Numbered from the whole stretch's first letter, positions 42,847-56,075 are shown. The stretch: 61,038 bases of DNA, filler included, from Thelocarpon superellum (GCA_026025795.1; 7 parts of 7 records of this genome joined end to end with filler, not necessarily neighbours in it); one strand, 5' to 3'. Notes: generated by a model not told the origin, from the letters alone. Numbers and translations are program-made.

Positions 42847-43687
42847 CTAGGCACGAGACTCCCTCATGGTGCCACCGCTGGCGCGCCACCAGATATCGCC
42901 ACCCCAGCGCATCATGCGCTCCACGGCCGCCGTCGGCCTGTCAATGGCCGGTCGCACGTCGAGGTAGAAAACCGGCTCGCCCGTGGGCTCGGGCGGACCG
43001 GAATAGTAGTCGATCACATATCGCACCTCGGTGGCATCTCCGTTGGGCTTCTGTCGGACCACGTACCAGTCATGCCGGTCAAAGGGGGCTTCTCCACTGC
43101 GGGTCGGTCAGTGGATGGCCACATGGCTCACGGACGGAGAGCGACCTACCCAAAGGAGCCGGGACTGATCCAGCCAAGGAGTTGGAGCATGGATGCCTTT
43201 GGCGTCATGTCGTTCGGTCGCCCCATAAACCGAGATAAACGCGGCGGGTGCACGTCGGCGTGATTCACACCCACCTCGACGCCCGGGTGAGAGCTTTGCT
43301 CTCCTCGGCTGCACTCCTGCCAGCCCTGCGCTAGTCCGCCGGCGAACCGCCGTTCCCACTCGATGATCTCCGCCCATGCGCCCTCGTTGAGAAAGTTGTG
43401 CACGGCCACCATGGATTCGACCGCATCTTCCGGGGTGTCGGTATAGCCCTTGCGCAGCATGGCGTTGTACATCTGCTGGGGAGACGGATACTCCCAATTT
43501 CCTTCCGTGTCGCCCTTGGGAATGGAGGAGAGAGTGCGATCAGTAGGCAGCGCTATGCGCTGGTGCTGCGCTCGCGACTGTGAGAGATTGGAAGGCATGT
43601 AGTTCAGCGGGTTGAGCTTGTCCAGCGTCGCTCGTGTCGTGGACCGAGATCCGTTCGAGGGCCTGGGTGACGACCGCGAGGCGGGAT
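42847..43687 (-). CDS. CYC3: Holocytochrome c synthase (cytochrome c heme lyase), 5'-truncated
   Basis: [83 protein letters not shown]; one intron; the N-terminus is lost at the linker. Confidence 0.93.
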
Positions 43688-43787
43688 NNNNNNNNNNNNN
43701 NNNNNNNNNNNNNNNNNNNNNNNNNNNNNNNTTAATTAATTAANNNNNNNNNNNNNNNNNNNNNNNNNNNNNNNNNNNNNNNNNNNN
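43688..43787. other. Artificial contig linker
   Basis: N44-TTAATTAATTAA-N44. Confidence 0.98.
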
Positions 43788-44725
43788 TGACTAGATCCCG
43801 CAGCCGGGGTGCGGGAACAAATGTTCGTCCTTACACAATTGCACGTCGTGGCCGACTGATAGGCGACGATAAGGTAAAGAGCCATCGTGCGGTACAAGGT
43901 TTGGGGAGTTGCGCGGGCCACGGGCAGCTCGGACCTTCCCATGGGACCGCGACGACTACCGAGGCTCGCACCGACAGGTTGGTCCAATAATTTGTCAGAG
44001 CTCGCAACGCTGCTGAACGGCGCCGCCGGAAGGTACGGCAGGCGTGTAAGTAATGTTACTCATACTCCAGGTGCTCGTCATGTTGCGCGGGGCAGTGAGC
44101 GTGCAGAGTAAGGGTGCAAAACGGCTGTCGGCGGCCCGCGTACCTACGACTTTGCACACAATCCTGAAATTAACTCGTCAGCTTGACGGTCGCACGCCTG
44201 CAGAGGGCAGGTCGAGGGAGGAATGTGTCACGGCGGAATGAGATTGACAACGCATCCTCTGCTCAACTACGGTACCACGCGTGATTGGACCAAGGGGATG
44301 CCTTTTCAGGCAACAACAGCCCACCTTCGCCCATCATCGCCCGGTCCCTGCCACCGCGCTCTGTCGAACACTCCCCGCCCCCGCCATGATTCACCCCTTT
44401 GATCGTGACCCCATCACTCATCGCCGTCGTCTGTGCCTGCGCCTCTACCTGCGCGATACCAACTCTTGACTCGGTGGGGCATTCAACGCACGACCAATTG
44501 AGACTGAGCTCCGCGGCATCTCGCCGTCCTCTTCGCAGGTCATGCGGGGCACGATGAGCGTGTGACTGCTCTTCTCTCTTTTCAACTCGCAGCATGATTC
44601 TGTCACCCACCTCCGCCTCAATGGTGCCGAGGATCTAGGCTACCGCCCTTTCATGAAGAGGAGACCTCTGCGGCCTGCATCATCCCACTCTGAGCTTGGC
44701 CGGACGACATCACCCGCCGGGGATC

Positions 44726-45661
44726 ATGTCGTCGACCGCATATGAGGATGTCGAGCCGGTGGGATCCACCATGGTCTTGCCCTCGCCGCCCAAGACCTTT
44801 ACGTTTGCCTTGCATCCCGAGGCCCCGGGCCCCGCTTCCGACCCCGAGCGCCGGGCCCGATCGGTCCCGGTGAGCGAGCGACGGGCCCCCGTCAGGATCA
44901 GGCAACGGGACAGCTCCCTCACTTCGCTGCACGACTACCGTCACTCGGGTGCGACGGACGACCTTCCGTCTGGCTCGGAGAGCTCGTCCGCTGATCAAAG
45001 CTCGTGCGCTGATCAAAGCTCGTCTGAGGATCAGGGCCGGCCAGGGTCTGACGGGTCGGTCCGGTCAGACGACACGGATGACTCCGTCTTCATCCGACGT
45101 CGTCGTCGAGTCACTGTTACGACCGATGGTGGCATCACCGTGGAAGAGCTTCGCGAGTCGGACACGTCCCCGACTCGCGAAGTCGAGGTCATTCATCCCG
45201 ACGGGTATGAGGAAGCCATTGAGGATCACGCATCCGACTCGGCCGAGGAGCCGTCTTGGGATCCATACGGGCCCGAGGCAAACCACATCGTGCGCAGCTT
45301 TCAAGAGATGTGTGTCAATGTAATCTCCTCTCCCGACGACCAGAACCGCCGATACCGAAGAAAGAAAAAACGATGGAGCGCCGGTATCTTCAAGCGCTCG
45401 CACAGCCAGAGCATTGGCAGCGATAGCGACACCGATGACGATGAGACCCTCGACGCACACGACCTGGGTTCCTCGGCGCGGCGCTTGCGACGACGTGTGA
45501 GGGGCCCAGGCGATCGAACGTCGTTGATCTTTGACGACCCCCACCCCGATGCTGTCGTTACGGAGATAGAGGAAGCGCGTGACGATGATGGCGATCCAAT
45601 TGAGGGCCCCACGACCCTGCCGTCACCTGAAGCCGCTCTCGATCCAATGGACGTCCAATGA
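44726..45661 (+). CDS. Hypothetical acidic, Ser-rich, largely disordered protein with a basic NLS-like cluster
   Basis: ATG 44726 to TGA 45661. Motif RRYRRKKKRWSAGIFKRSHSQSIGSDSD...GSSARRLRRRVRGP, and an 18-bp triplication (SSADQS/SCADQS/SSEDQG) at ~44980-45033. Confidence 0.7.
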   Translation: MSSTAYEDVEPVGSTMVLPSPPKTFTFALHPEAPGPASDPERRARSVPVSERRAPVRIRQRDSSLTSLHDYRHSGATDDLPSGSESSSADQSSCADQSSSEDQGRPGSDGSVRSDDTDDSVFIRRRRRVTVTTDGGITVEELRESDTSPTREVEVIHPDGYEEAIEDHASDSAEEPSWDPYGPEANHIVRSFQEMCVNVISSPDDQNRRYRRKKKRWSAGIFKRSHSQSIGSDSDTDDDETLDAHDLGSSARRLRRRVRGPGDRTSLIFDDPHPDAVVTEIEEARDDDGDPIEGPTTLPSPEAALDPMDVQ

Positions 45662-46196
45662 TTTGAGACGTTGGCGTCAGCCTGGTTGACGACGAATCTT
45701 CCTCGGCCCGAAGCTCAGAGATGCGGCCAACGACCTCGTTATTCGCGCTTGATGGAACAAGCAATGTATGGTACTTCACAGTCTAGTCCGTCTCCTTCCT
45801 CTGTCGTCCTGGTTTGGTCTAGGCAGTTTGGTGGACAAGGGCGGGAGTGATCATCGATGTACTGATACCATGTTTCTCCGCAACCAGCTCATCCTCGCTG
45901 AAAAGTTGCCGCGTCTTTTTCTGTTCGAGAAGAAATGTCTTACGGTTTCACATCGTCTAACTTGGAAATTCGTGACGTATACTTATCGTCATGTGACAGC
46001 GACGCGTCGGTGTCACGAAATCACGTGAGAGTGACGTCAATATTCCCCCTCACCTCTCCCTACCAGAGACCCGGACTTGGCGAGAGTTTAAGAGGACGAG
46101 GTAGATGGCATGGGAATAATTCCAGAGAACTCTTCGAGTATCTCTGCACCTGTGAATCTCACTCAATTGTCTTTGTTGTGACAGAAGTGGACCATT

Positions 46197-47650
46197 ATGC
46201 GTACGACACGCTCCTCGGCCCGCCAAAGCCCGGCCGACCTCGCATCCCTTCCATCGAAGACTGCCGCAGGCCAGAAACGAAAGCCAAAGAGCCCTTCCGC
46301 AGGCACGGAGACAAGCAAGAAGCAGCAGAAGACGATCGAAGAGAGCGTGCCCGACGCGGAGAAGCGCCACAATGGTGCTGCTGAGTCGACTCAGCCCAAA
46401 GGTACGGTGCTGCAAACCCCCGTTGCCCACATCGCTGATCATCGCGCAGAGGAAGCCAATGGTAATCATGAAGAGAAGACGAAGGAAAATGACGAAAAGG
46501 TAGTCGAGCATGATGCAGAACACAAGCACATGAACGGCCATGGGAGCGCGTCGCATCCTTCCACCGATCGCTCGGTTCCTCCCAAGGATCTAACTCGCAG
46601 CGACCATGTCTCAACCAACGTGCTTGAGAAGGGCCTCATCTACTTTTTCTTTCGTGGCCGCGTTGGCATTGAAGAGCCCCATGGTGTCGCGGACATTGCT
46701 CGGAGCTATATCGTCCTGCGGCCGCTTCCTCGCAGCGCCAAGATTGGCGACGGTCCCATCGAAGACCATGGGAGGAATCGACTGCTGGCGCTTCCGAAGA
46801 AGGTCTTGCCGCAAAGCCACGGCGACCGATTCATGTAGGTGCCTTCGCGCGGTGTGTCAGAAGGCACGCCCACTCTAACCAGTCGGCAGGGCCTTTGTCG
46901 AGAAAGGGCAGGCGACGGTGCAAGACCTCAAGGAAGACTTTATTGCGGGCTCGGAATATGCCACGCAGACCAGTGGGTAAGGCGTCTCGGTGATGGCCGA
47001 CGGTCGATGTGATGCTCACATTGCTTCTCCAGCATTCGTCATAGCCCGGGAGCCACCCCGGCTGGCGAAGGCGTCTACGCCATCACCTCGACTGGCAACA
47101 CGTCTCACCTGGCGTACATCCTGACACGACCGTCGGAGTTAAACGAGGTCCAGCAAGCGCTCGGTCTTCGCGCGCGTGGCAGCTTCGTGACGAGCGTGAA
47201 GAACCCGACAGCCGGCGGCCCGCCCAATACCAATCTTCCCCAGGGCGCCAAATTCAGCGAGGAGTAGGTGCTGTCGTGACCTTCGCCACGTGCATGCGCT
47301 AAGATCCGGGTCAGCATCATGACGAAGTTTCACGGGCGCGGCTGGATGCCTCTGGAGGCGAAGATACTCGACTATGACAATGCTCAAATGATCTTGATCG
47401 GTGAGGGATTCGGAGACATGGGCAAGGCCGTGGCCGGGAATGCCGAGGACGAAAAGCCGGCGCACGAGACCCCCTTGGAAGAAATGGAGAAGCTGGAGGG
47501 TGAAGATGAGATCCGTGTGCAACATCTCAGATGTCCGGCTCCCTCCCTACTTGGACGAGACGTCACTAACGAATGACAGCGGATGACCCCGTCTTTGCCG
47601 ATCTTGATCTCACTTCCCAAGACCATAAGAAGCTCCAGACGACGTGGTAG
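46197..47650 (+). CDS. Conserved hypothetical protein of the family often mislabelled 'BTB domain transcription factor'
   Basis: VLEKGLIYFFFRGRVG...RSYIVLRP...RLLALPKKVLP...FM|AFVEK...ATPAGEGVYAI...SHLAYILT.P...GSFVTSVKNP; four introns; the last exon DDPVFADL...LQTTW ends at 47650. Confidence 0.8.
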
Positions 47651-48482
47651 ATTAGTGTACGGTGGGCACTGTGCAGCGTGTCGCGTTAGGGCCGGCAGCG
47701 AAAATAAGAGTCGTCCCCGCACCGAAGGGATTCGCACGGGGGGCAGCGAATTCGGCAGCTCCCGGGAAATCCTAGGTGCGCCTACGGCTTTTGTCTGTAG
47801 ATGCTACTTTTTGTTTGACCGTCTTCTACATGGCTTCTACGAAGCTTCTACGAAGGTGCTTCTACGAAGGACTTGCTCCGTAGTATACATGCCCGAATCC
47901 AAAACGCGACATGGTGAATGCTGTGACAAATCTTGGGCTACAATGTACGAGCACCTCCAGCCCACCAATTCTCGTATGTGGGCTGCAACTTGCAATTTGG
48001 TACGAGAAGCAGACCGTGACTACGAGGACTTGGTTTACCGAAGTGGCTCTCCCTCGTGGCTAACGTGACCATGGCTCCGGCGTGATGGACTGTCTACGAT
48101 TGCTTCACAAGGAAGGATCACCAGAGCGACAACGTGAATCGAGAAGCTCAGGTTGAGACGAATGGTTCCACGTAAGGCTACGGTGATGGAATGGGTCATC
48201 ATGGCGGAATATGGACGAGAGTTTTGGGTGTCACTCGACATGTGGGTTCGTCGAGGACGGCTGGAAGAGAGTTGGAGACGAACACGTTGGCGTCGGCTAC
48301 GCGCCGTGGACCGGCAGACAGGCCACCTCGCTGTAAGCGTTTGGCGTCGGTAGCGATTGGCGGTAGGACAGACCCCCGTCGATCCGCACAGCATCTATCT
48401 CTCATACCTTTCAACATCTCTCAAGGGCCACCATGGGACTGGCACCATCGGTCCTGTAGAGTGTCCTCCGATCTCACGGAAG

Positions 48483-51400
48483 ATGAGGGTGGGACCGCTG
48501 CCCTGGAGACTGGCGGCCGTGTGGTCGGCCATAGCGGCGTGGCAGACGTCCACGACCAACGCCACGCCCTCGGTCAATGTCGCCTTGAGGGCTTCCTTCA
48601 ATGCCGCTCCCTACCTACTGGAGCTACTGTATGAGCTGTAACGAATCCACCGTGCCTGCGGATGGTCCGCTGACTCGATTTAGAGAGACGGCAGCGGAAG
48701 AAAATCGGTCGTCGTACTTTCCGCTCCTCGATCGGATCGCCGACGGATACTTTACGCCTGCGAAGACCGACCAAGCACTCTACACCCAATTCCTCCAGGT
48801 CGTGCAGGATGAGGGACACATTACCGACCCGACCGCCTTGTCGTCTTTCCAATTTGCCCTATCCATCCGAGCGGCCGCGCCGCGTATCGAAGCCCACTAC
48901 CAGTTCTACGAGACCGCGGTGGTGCCGACTTTGGGCTCCAGAGAAGCAGAAGAATGCGACGTTTGGATCCACTTTGGTGGAAAGCAATATTGCTCGCCAA
49001 GCCTGGAGAAGGCACAAGGCGGTGTGACGGGGGAAAAGTAGGTGCAGCGGCAGTCCCATGGTACCGGTCAGACTCTGACCGCTGGGCAGGTTACTGCAGA
49101 AGCGGCAATTTGATCGGATCCTGGGCAATGAGACCTCTCAGACTCCCTCCATTCTCTACGCCGACATCAACAGTCCATCCTTTAGTCACTTCCACCGTCT
49201 GCTGTCAGAGACGGCGAAGGCAGGGAAGACCTCCTACCGAGTCCGGTACAAGACAACAGGTTCGTCTACGGCTGAGCCGTTGCCCATCAGTGGATACGGC
49301 GTCAGTCTTCCGCTCAAACGCACGGATTACATTGTCATCGATGATCGGGAGGTCGAAAAAGGGGGCGAGGGCGAGGGCGAGGGCGAGGGCGCGGGCAGGA
49401 ATATGCCCGGAGAGGCCAACATGGTGGCGGATGAGGAGGAACTCTCGGACCTGAGGCCACTGTCAACCTCGGAGCTCCTGAAGCTGGGGTTAAAGGCCTC
49501 CAGCTTCGTCATGGACAGCGAGGACCCTTTCCGCACGCTGTTGGAGGTCTCGCAAGATTTCCCCAAACATTCTTACAAGATTGCGGGGCACAACGTCTCG
49601 GCCGACCTGCTCCGCGAGATGCAGCACAACCGCAATATCAACGTGCCGTATGGCTTTAACGTGGCCTGGATCAATGGCGCACAAGTCGACCCGAGGCAAT
49701 TCGATGCGTTCGCCTTGTCGCAACATCTTCGTCGTGAACGGCGCTTGATCACTGGATTTCAATCCCTCGGTCTTTCCGGTCGCGAGGCCGTCCGGCTTCT
49801 CGGTCATCCGGCCATTGCCGAAGCCAAAGATGCAAGCGACGTACAACGATATGATATTCGTGACGAGGTGGACGGAGGTGCGGTAATTCTCTGGATGAAC
49901 AACCTGGAAAGGGACAAACGATACCAGGAGTGGCCCAGCTCGGTCACCGCGGTAAGGTCGTCGTTACGCTTCCGTGGAGATGTGCTGATGGCCACAGTTA
50001 TTGCGGCCCACTTACCCCGGACAGCTTCCCGCCCTCCGGCGGGATCTCCATACGCTAGTCGTCCCTGTAGACTTGACCGTGCCGGACGATGTGACGGTCG
50101 TGGTGGAGCAACTGCAGAGTTTCGTGATGCGGAAGATTCCCATCCGGTTTGGCGTGGTGCCCATCATCAAGACTCCAGCCGCCGAGGCCCAGGCCAAGAT
50201 CGTCTACCATCTTGCCGACACGTATGGCCTTTCAGCCGTATTGGCCTACTTGACCTCGGTGAGTTGCGCGGCATATTGAGCATCTGGTCCCGGCTAATCG
50301 TGCGCAGTCCTTGACCGAGCGAAAACTCGCCCGCGCCGACGCCCCAACATTCGAGGCGGTCATCAAAGGGCGGAATCTACGCCGAGATCGTACGGCGTCC
50401 TCCTTTCAAGATGCGCTGGACATGGATCACCTGTCGAAGAGAATCGGTTCGGTGCGAAGCTACAATGCCCGCCTCGGAGTGGACAGCGCCGTTCCACCGT
50501 TCTTCGTCAACGGAGCCGTGTTCCCCCGGGATGATGTAAGTCCGCCGACCTCCAGTTTTGGGGTGGGACTGACCGAATCAGAACTGGTTATCGGCCATGA
50601 GTCATCGGGTGAACATGGATCTTCAATCCTTGCAAGTAGCTGTATGTCTGTGCATGCTGGAGATGAGGATCCTGTCTAACGTGATTCCAGGTGTACGAGG
50701 AGCGGATCGGAAACGACACCTGGCTTCCGTCCTTCTTCATCGGCCGGGCTGCGGCTCGACGAAATGACCTGATTGTGCCGGTGGATGACGGCGGCATCGA
50801 GTATGTGGACTTCCAGGTGCTCCTCTCCGAGCATGGCGAAGCCTTTGCGACCTTGCCGAACTGGACGATCGATGAGGGCACGGTCCAGAAGGATTGGGTA
50901 TCGATGATTGTGGTGGCCGATATGAATAGCGCTGAGGGGCTGCAGCTTGTGCAGGAAGCCATCAACACGCGTGAGAAGGAGCCGGAGCTGCAGATCACGG
51001 TGCTGCATAATTCTGCACAAAAGAGTCGACAGGCTCGATCCAGCACGGGAGATGGAGAGATGGAGACGGATGAGGCAAAACAGGCGCTGGCGGCCGTGAT
51101 CGGCTTCACCCCGGGACAGAATGGATTGGTGGTCAATGGACGCGTGGTTGGACCGATCCCGCCGACGACCGAGTTCGGGCAGGAAGAGATCCGGCAACTG
51201 TTGGCGTATGAGCGAGGCAAACGTTCATCCCCTGTGTACACCGCCCTGGACGAACTGGAGCTGCTCGACAAGCTCGACGAGCCGCTGACCATGGGCAAAT
51301 TGGTGTCGCTCATCGCGTTGTCCACTGTGTCAGACCTTCCGGATGGCATCTTCGATTCACCCCCCAAGGCGCGCGTCAGCGCGTTTGAGCAGTGGCGCGC

Positions 51401-52384
51401 GGCTCATTCGGCGATCGTGGTGGGCGAGGCGAACGACGCCACCATCCACATCGTGGCGGCCGTGGATCCGGCCAGCGAGATCACGCAGCGATGGGTCCCC
51501 ATCCTCAAGGTGTTGTCGGAGCTCGACGGAGTCTACGTGAAGATCTTCCTGAACCCCAAGGAACGACTACAGGAGCTCCCGGTGAAGCGCTTCTACCGAC
51601 ATGTGCTTGCGTCGAAGCCCTCTTTCGATGACGACGGGGCCGTGAAGAGCCCGATCGCGCACTTTACCGGTCTTCCCACGGATGCCTTGTTCAACGTGGC
51701 CATGGACGTGCCGCCCTCGTGGTTGGTGGCGCCGAAGGCTTCAATCCACGACTTGGACAACATCAAGCTCAGCTCGCTGCGGGATCAATTGGACATCGAA
51801 GCGGTATACGAGCTGCAGCACATCCTGATCGAGGGTCATTCCCGCGACGTGACCATCGGACAGCCACCACGAGGAGCGCAGCTGCTCCTCGGTACCGACA
51901 AAGAGCCAGCGTTTGCCGATACGCTGATCATGGCCAATCTCGGCTACTTTCAATTCAAGGCAAACCCGGGGTTTTGGAAGATGGAATTGAAGGCCGGACG
52001 AAGTCAGGAGATCTTCCACATCGATAGCGCCGGCAGCCAGGGGTATGGGGTGCACCCAGGAGACAACAGCACGGAGATTGAGCTGCTGAGCTTCCAGGGG
52101 AACACGCTCTTTCCCCGACTCTCGCGCAAGCCAGGACAGGAGATGGAAGATGTGCTGGAGACGGGCGGCCCGAAGAGCGGATCAGCGCTGGACTACGTGA
52201 CGAAGGGCTTGAAATTCGCCGAGGGCGTCTTCTCTAGCGGCGAGGTGGCGGCGCCCAAGGCGCACGCGGACATCAACATCTTCTCGGTGGCCAGCGGGCA
52301 CCTGTACGAGCGCATGCTGAACATCATGATGGTCAGCGTGATGAAGCATACGAAGCACACGGTGAAGTTCTGGTTCATTGAGCA
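48483..52384 (+). CDS. UDP-glucose:glycoprotein glucosyltransferase (UGGT, Kre5/Gpt1 family), 3'-truncated
   Basis: Signal peptide plus PSVNVALRASF...PYLLELLETAAEEN, FALSIRAAAPRIEAHYQFY, GYGVSLPLKRTDYIVIDDR, NNLERDKRYQEWP, ELPVKRFYR, HDLDNIKL, ILIEGH, PPRGAQL, DTLIMANLGYFQFKANPG, and the start of the GT24 domain INIFSVASGHLYERMLNIMM...VKFWFIE. Confidence 0.96.
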
Positions 52385-52484
52385 NNNNNNNNNNNNNNNN
52401 NNNNNNNNNNNNNNNNNNNNNNNNNNNNTTAATTAATTAANNNNNNNNNNNNNNNNNNNNNNNNNNNNNNNNNNNNNNNNNNNN
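52385..52484. other. Artificial contig linker
   Basis: N44-TTAATTAATTAA-N44. Confidence 0.98.
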
Positions 52485-52838
52485 TATCAAGGCTGGCTAT
52501 GTTACTAAAACTCCGCTTGGGTCTCCCCATACTGAATATGTGGGAACCTCTAAAGCGGCATTCCCTGTTCTGCCCTTTGCAACCAGCTGTTGTAGCTGCA
52601 GATTATGTCATCCTCCCACAGATCTATACGGTGTCGTAAGTCATGTGACTAGTCATGTGGCATCACACATGATTCCCCTCTGTTGCGCAGGGAGGATACA
52701 GTGTAGATAACATAGTATTGAGGCTGGCTACTAAAATTCTGTTTGGTTCTCCCCATACCAATTATGTGGGAACCCACAAAGCAGCATTTCCCACTCTGCC
52801 TTCCATGACCAACTGCTGATTATGTCATCTTCCAACAC
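52485..52838. repeat. Diverged ~130-bp direct repeat pair (period ~230 bp) at the contig start
   Basis: aggctggcta...actaaaa...tctccccatac...tatgtgggaacc...aaagc.gcatt...tctgcc...gattatgtcatc occurs at 52485-52620 and 52716-52838; the region is AT-richer than the genes. Confidence 0.85.
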
Positions 52839-53350
52839 CCGTAGCATAGAGCGAGGTCGGCCCTCCGAGACCACACCAACAAACATACTGATTAGTTATG
52901 TCATATTCAAACGACCTTGTCGAATCTCTACAGTGACGTGACCGCGCGAAGGACGGAGCTGGCACGTGACCGAGTCTCGACTACAGGCTATGTAGACGGC
53001 GAGACGGAGCAGCATCATCTTGATTTGCATGGGCTTCGAAAGGTCTTGTGATGGGGAGTTATAGATGTCTGACAAGGAGAATTGCAACAATCGCAACATA
53101 CGTGTCTCGGAACGCAGAACCAGACCTATCCGCCTTGCGTCCTACACGAACAGCGGGCTGGATCTGCGCAGATGGCAGCACGCCGTGGAGAAGCCGGCCA
53201 TTCGTCGACTTCATTTCACTTGGGGACAGGACAGCTCTGACAAGAGGTTTGGGATATATGCTCGAGGTCAAGGGCGCTCTTGCTGTAGTACCACTACTCG
53301 GCTGACTCCATGTCCTCGGATCTCTTCGCCGTCGAGACGGGCACCTCCAC

Positions 53351-55931
53351 TCAAATGGCATTGACCAGTCGTCGCTCATCTCGTAATCTGACCAGTTTGT
53401 CGATGGCGTCTTGCAGGGGGACCAGCTCGCCCTTGGCTTGCGTGGCTTGGTCGTCGCGGTTGCGAATGTTGACAGTACGCGAGTCCTGTTCCTGCGCCCC
53501 AACGACTGCATCGTGACGCGTGAGTACGGGATGAGAGACGGACACGGGGCGGGGGCGACGGTACCAAAGATGAAGTTGTACTGCTCAATCTGCCCCGTAC
53601 GAATCTTCTTCTGCAGCGTGTTCCCGCCAACGTCGACGTCGACGTACATCGTCTTGGCCTTGAAGATCCTCTGCACCTCCAGCACGTACTCGTTGGCCGC
53701 CGGCATGACGGGAATGACGAGGATCTGCCGCGGGCTGAGCCAGAAGGGCCACTTGCCGGCGAAGTGCTCGGTGAGCACGGCGAACATGCGCTCAAAGCTA
53801 CCAAAGATGGCGCGATGCACCATCACCGGGCGCGCGTAGCCCGGCAGGGGTGCTCCCGGCTCCGTCGGCTCGGCCTTGGCCGTGGCAGTCGGCACCTCCT
53901 TGGTGACGTACTGCAGGTTAAAGCGCTGGGGCAGCTGGAAGTCCAGCTGGATGGTGCCGCACTGATGCTCGCGCCGGAGCGCGTCAAAGAGTGTGATGTC
54001 GATCTTGGGTCCGTAGAAGGCCCCGTCTCCGGGGTTCTCCTCCCACTTCGCCCCGATGGCGCTGGTGAAGGAGTCGAGCGCGCCCTTGAGCTTAGCCTCG
54101 GCCAGGTTCCACGTCTCGATGGCGCCGAGAAACTTCTCTGGCCGTGTGGACAGCTTCAGCTTAAAGGTGAATCCAAAGAGCCCGTACACGCTCCGGATGA
54201 AGTCGAAGATGCCCTCGATCTCGTCGCCGATCTGGTCCTGCGTGCAGAAGATGTGTGCGTCGTCCTGCTGGAAGCGTCGCACCCGCGTCAAACCCGACAA
54301 GGCGCCCGAGTACTCGTTGCGGTGGAGCACGCCAAAGTCGGCCATGCGCCACGGCAGGTTCTTGTAGCTGACGTCGCCGTGGGCGAAGATCTTGCAGTGG
54401 CCCGGGCAGTTCATCGGCTTCAACCCTACCTTCTCCTTTTCCACCTCAAACGTGAACATATCTGCCTCGTAGTGGGCCCAATGGCCCGACGTCTTCCAGA
54501 GTTCCGCACGATACATGTTAGGCGTGATGACCTCATCGTAGTCGCGCTTGCGGTACTCGGATTTCATCAGGTCCATCATGTTGTTGTAGATGCGTGCGCC
54601 GTGCGGCATGAAGAAGCAGGACCCCGGTGAGACGTCATCGAAGAAGAAGAGCTTTTGCTCCGTGCCGATGCGGCGGTGATTGCGTTTGGCCGCCTCGGCC
54701 AGGTAGACCTTGTGCTCCTCCATCTGCTTCTTGTCGGGGAAGGAGACACCGGCGATGCGCTGCAGGGATTCGTTCTCGGAATTTCCCAGCCAGTAGGCCG
54801 AGGAATTCTGCCTCCCACGCACATCAGTAGCTATCTTCGATGTGGCCGTCGTGCGCGGACCACTGACCTTCATGATGGCAAATGCCTTGATGCGGCCCGT
54901 GTTGGGCACATGTGGTCCCAGACATAGGTCGATAAGGGGTCCGCACCGGTACACTGTCGTGCTCGTGCTGTCGGGCACCTTTTCTTGAATGAAGTGGACC
55001 TTGTATTTGCTATATTTGAACATCTCGAGGAGATCGGTCTTGGACATGACCAATCGTTCGAACGGCTGCTTCTCTTTAATAGCGCTGTTCGCGATCGTCT
55101 CGAGCGGCTTCCAATCCGAGTCCTGCACTGGGTTGCTATGGTATGGTCAGCACAGCGACGACCCATAGTCATGGACCCTACTTGTCCATATTCCCCATGT
55201 CGTAGTAGAAGCCCGGGGGATCTTCCGTTGGTGGGCCATTACACAGGTAGCAGCCAAATCGTCGTTCAGCCGCTTCCCCGAGGACGTGTGCACTAGAGTG
55301 CCAGAAAACCTTTCGGCCTGGATGTGGCGCGGTCAGTAAAGGCGGTCTGGAGGGCGTGCCGCGTCCATCATACCCTCTGGGTGCTCGAAGTCCAGAAACT
55401 CCAGCTTGCAGCTCTTCTCGAGTGGCCGGTCGAGGTCCCACAGCTCTCCGTCCACCCTGGAGATGACAGTCCTCTCAAACAGCGACTTGGAAATCGATCG
55501 CGCGATTGAGGCCGGGGTTGTCTCCCACGCAGTGCCAACCTCCACCCGATCGGCTGGAAGGGCAATATCGATCTTGTCACGAGGTTTTTCTGCGCCGCTC
55601 AGGCTACTGATCGAGTGCTTCAAAGGGAGACGGCCCACGTACGATTGATCTCAGCATCGTAGACAGCCTTGAGACGGTCAAACATGGCGATGCGGTACTG
55701 GAAGAAATCCGGAGGAGGTTGGAGCTGGGGCGAGGGACCGTGTCAGTCGGAGACCATCCCGCACCCAGATGAGAATGGAATCAATACCTCCAGGGGCCGA
55801 GACCCTTCCTTCAACTCACCCGCCTTCTTCTTTTCCTTGCCCCCGCCGGATGCCTTTTGCTTTGGTTTGGCATTGTCGGTCAGAGACACCTTCTTGACGG
55901 CGTCAACGACCGTGCTCCCAAGATTGTCCAT
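53351..55931 (-). CDS. THS1: Threonyl-tRNA synthetase, cytosolic
   Basis: TGS domain (LWDLDRPLE), editing domain ([27 protein letters not shown]), catalytic [57 protein letters not shown], anticodon domain ([17 protein letters not shown]); multi-exon. Confidence 0.97.
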
Positions 55932-56068
55932 CGTGCCTGAGAGCGTGCCGTGAGGTGGTCAATCCAAGAGAGGAGCTATTCCAGTACCTCGACTGGTGCC
56001 TTGCATTCGAATCCACGAGAATTACGGCAGTACACTGGTTGGGCCAGGGAAGGAGGTCGAAGCCCCAA

Positions 56069-56075
56069 TGAGTCA
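56069..56075. promoter_or_regulatory. Gcn4/CPC-1 (cross-pathway control) response element TGACTCA
   Basis: ATGAGTCAG lies ~140 nt upstream of the ThrRS ATG in the THS1/VPS2 divergent promoter. Confidence 0.55.

Noticed and set aside
47825..47870. Short repeats (CTTCTACGAAG)n here, (TTCGCCT)n at ~42504 and (GAGTC)n at ~37594
   Set aside because: These are ordinary slippage repeats in UTR or intergenic DNA with no further structure.
53059..53350. C-terminal extension of ThrRS suggested by the 689-aa ORF
   Set aside because: It arises from reading through the last intron; the spliced frame ends normally (...[10 protein letters not shown]) at 53351.
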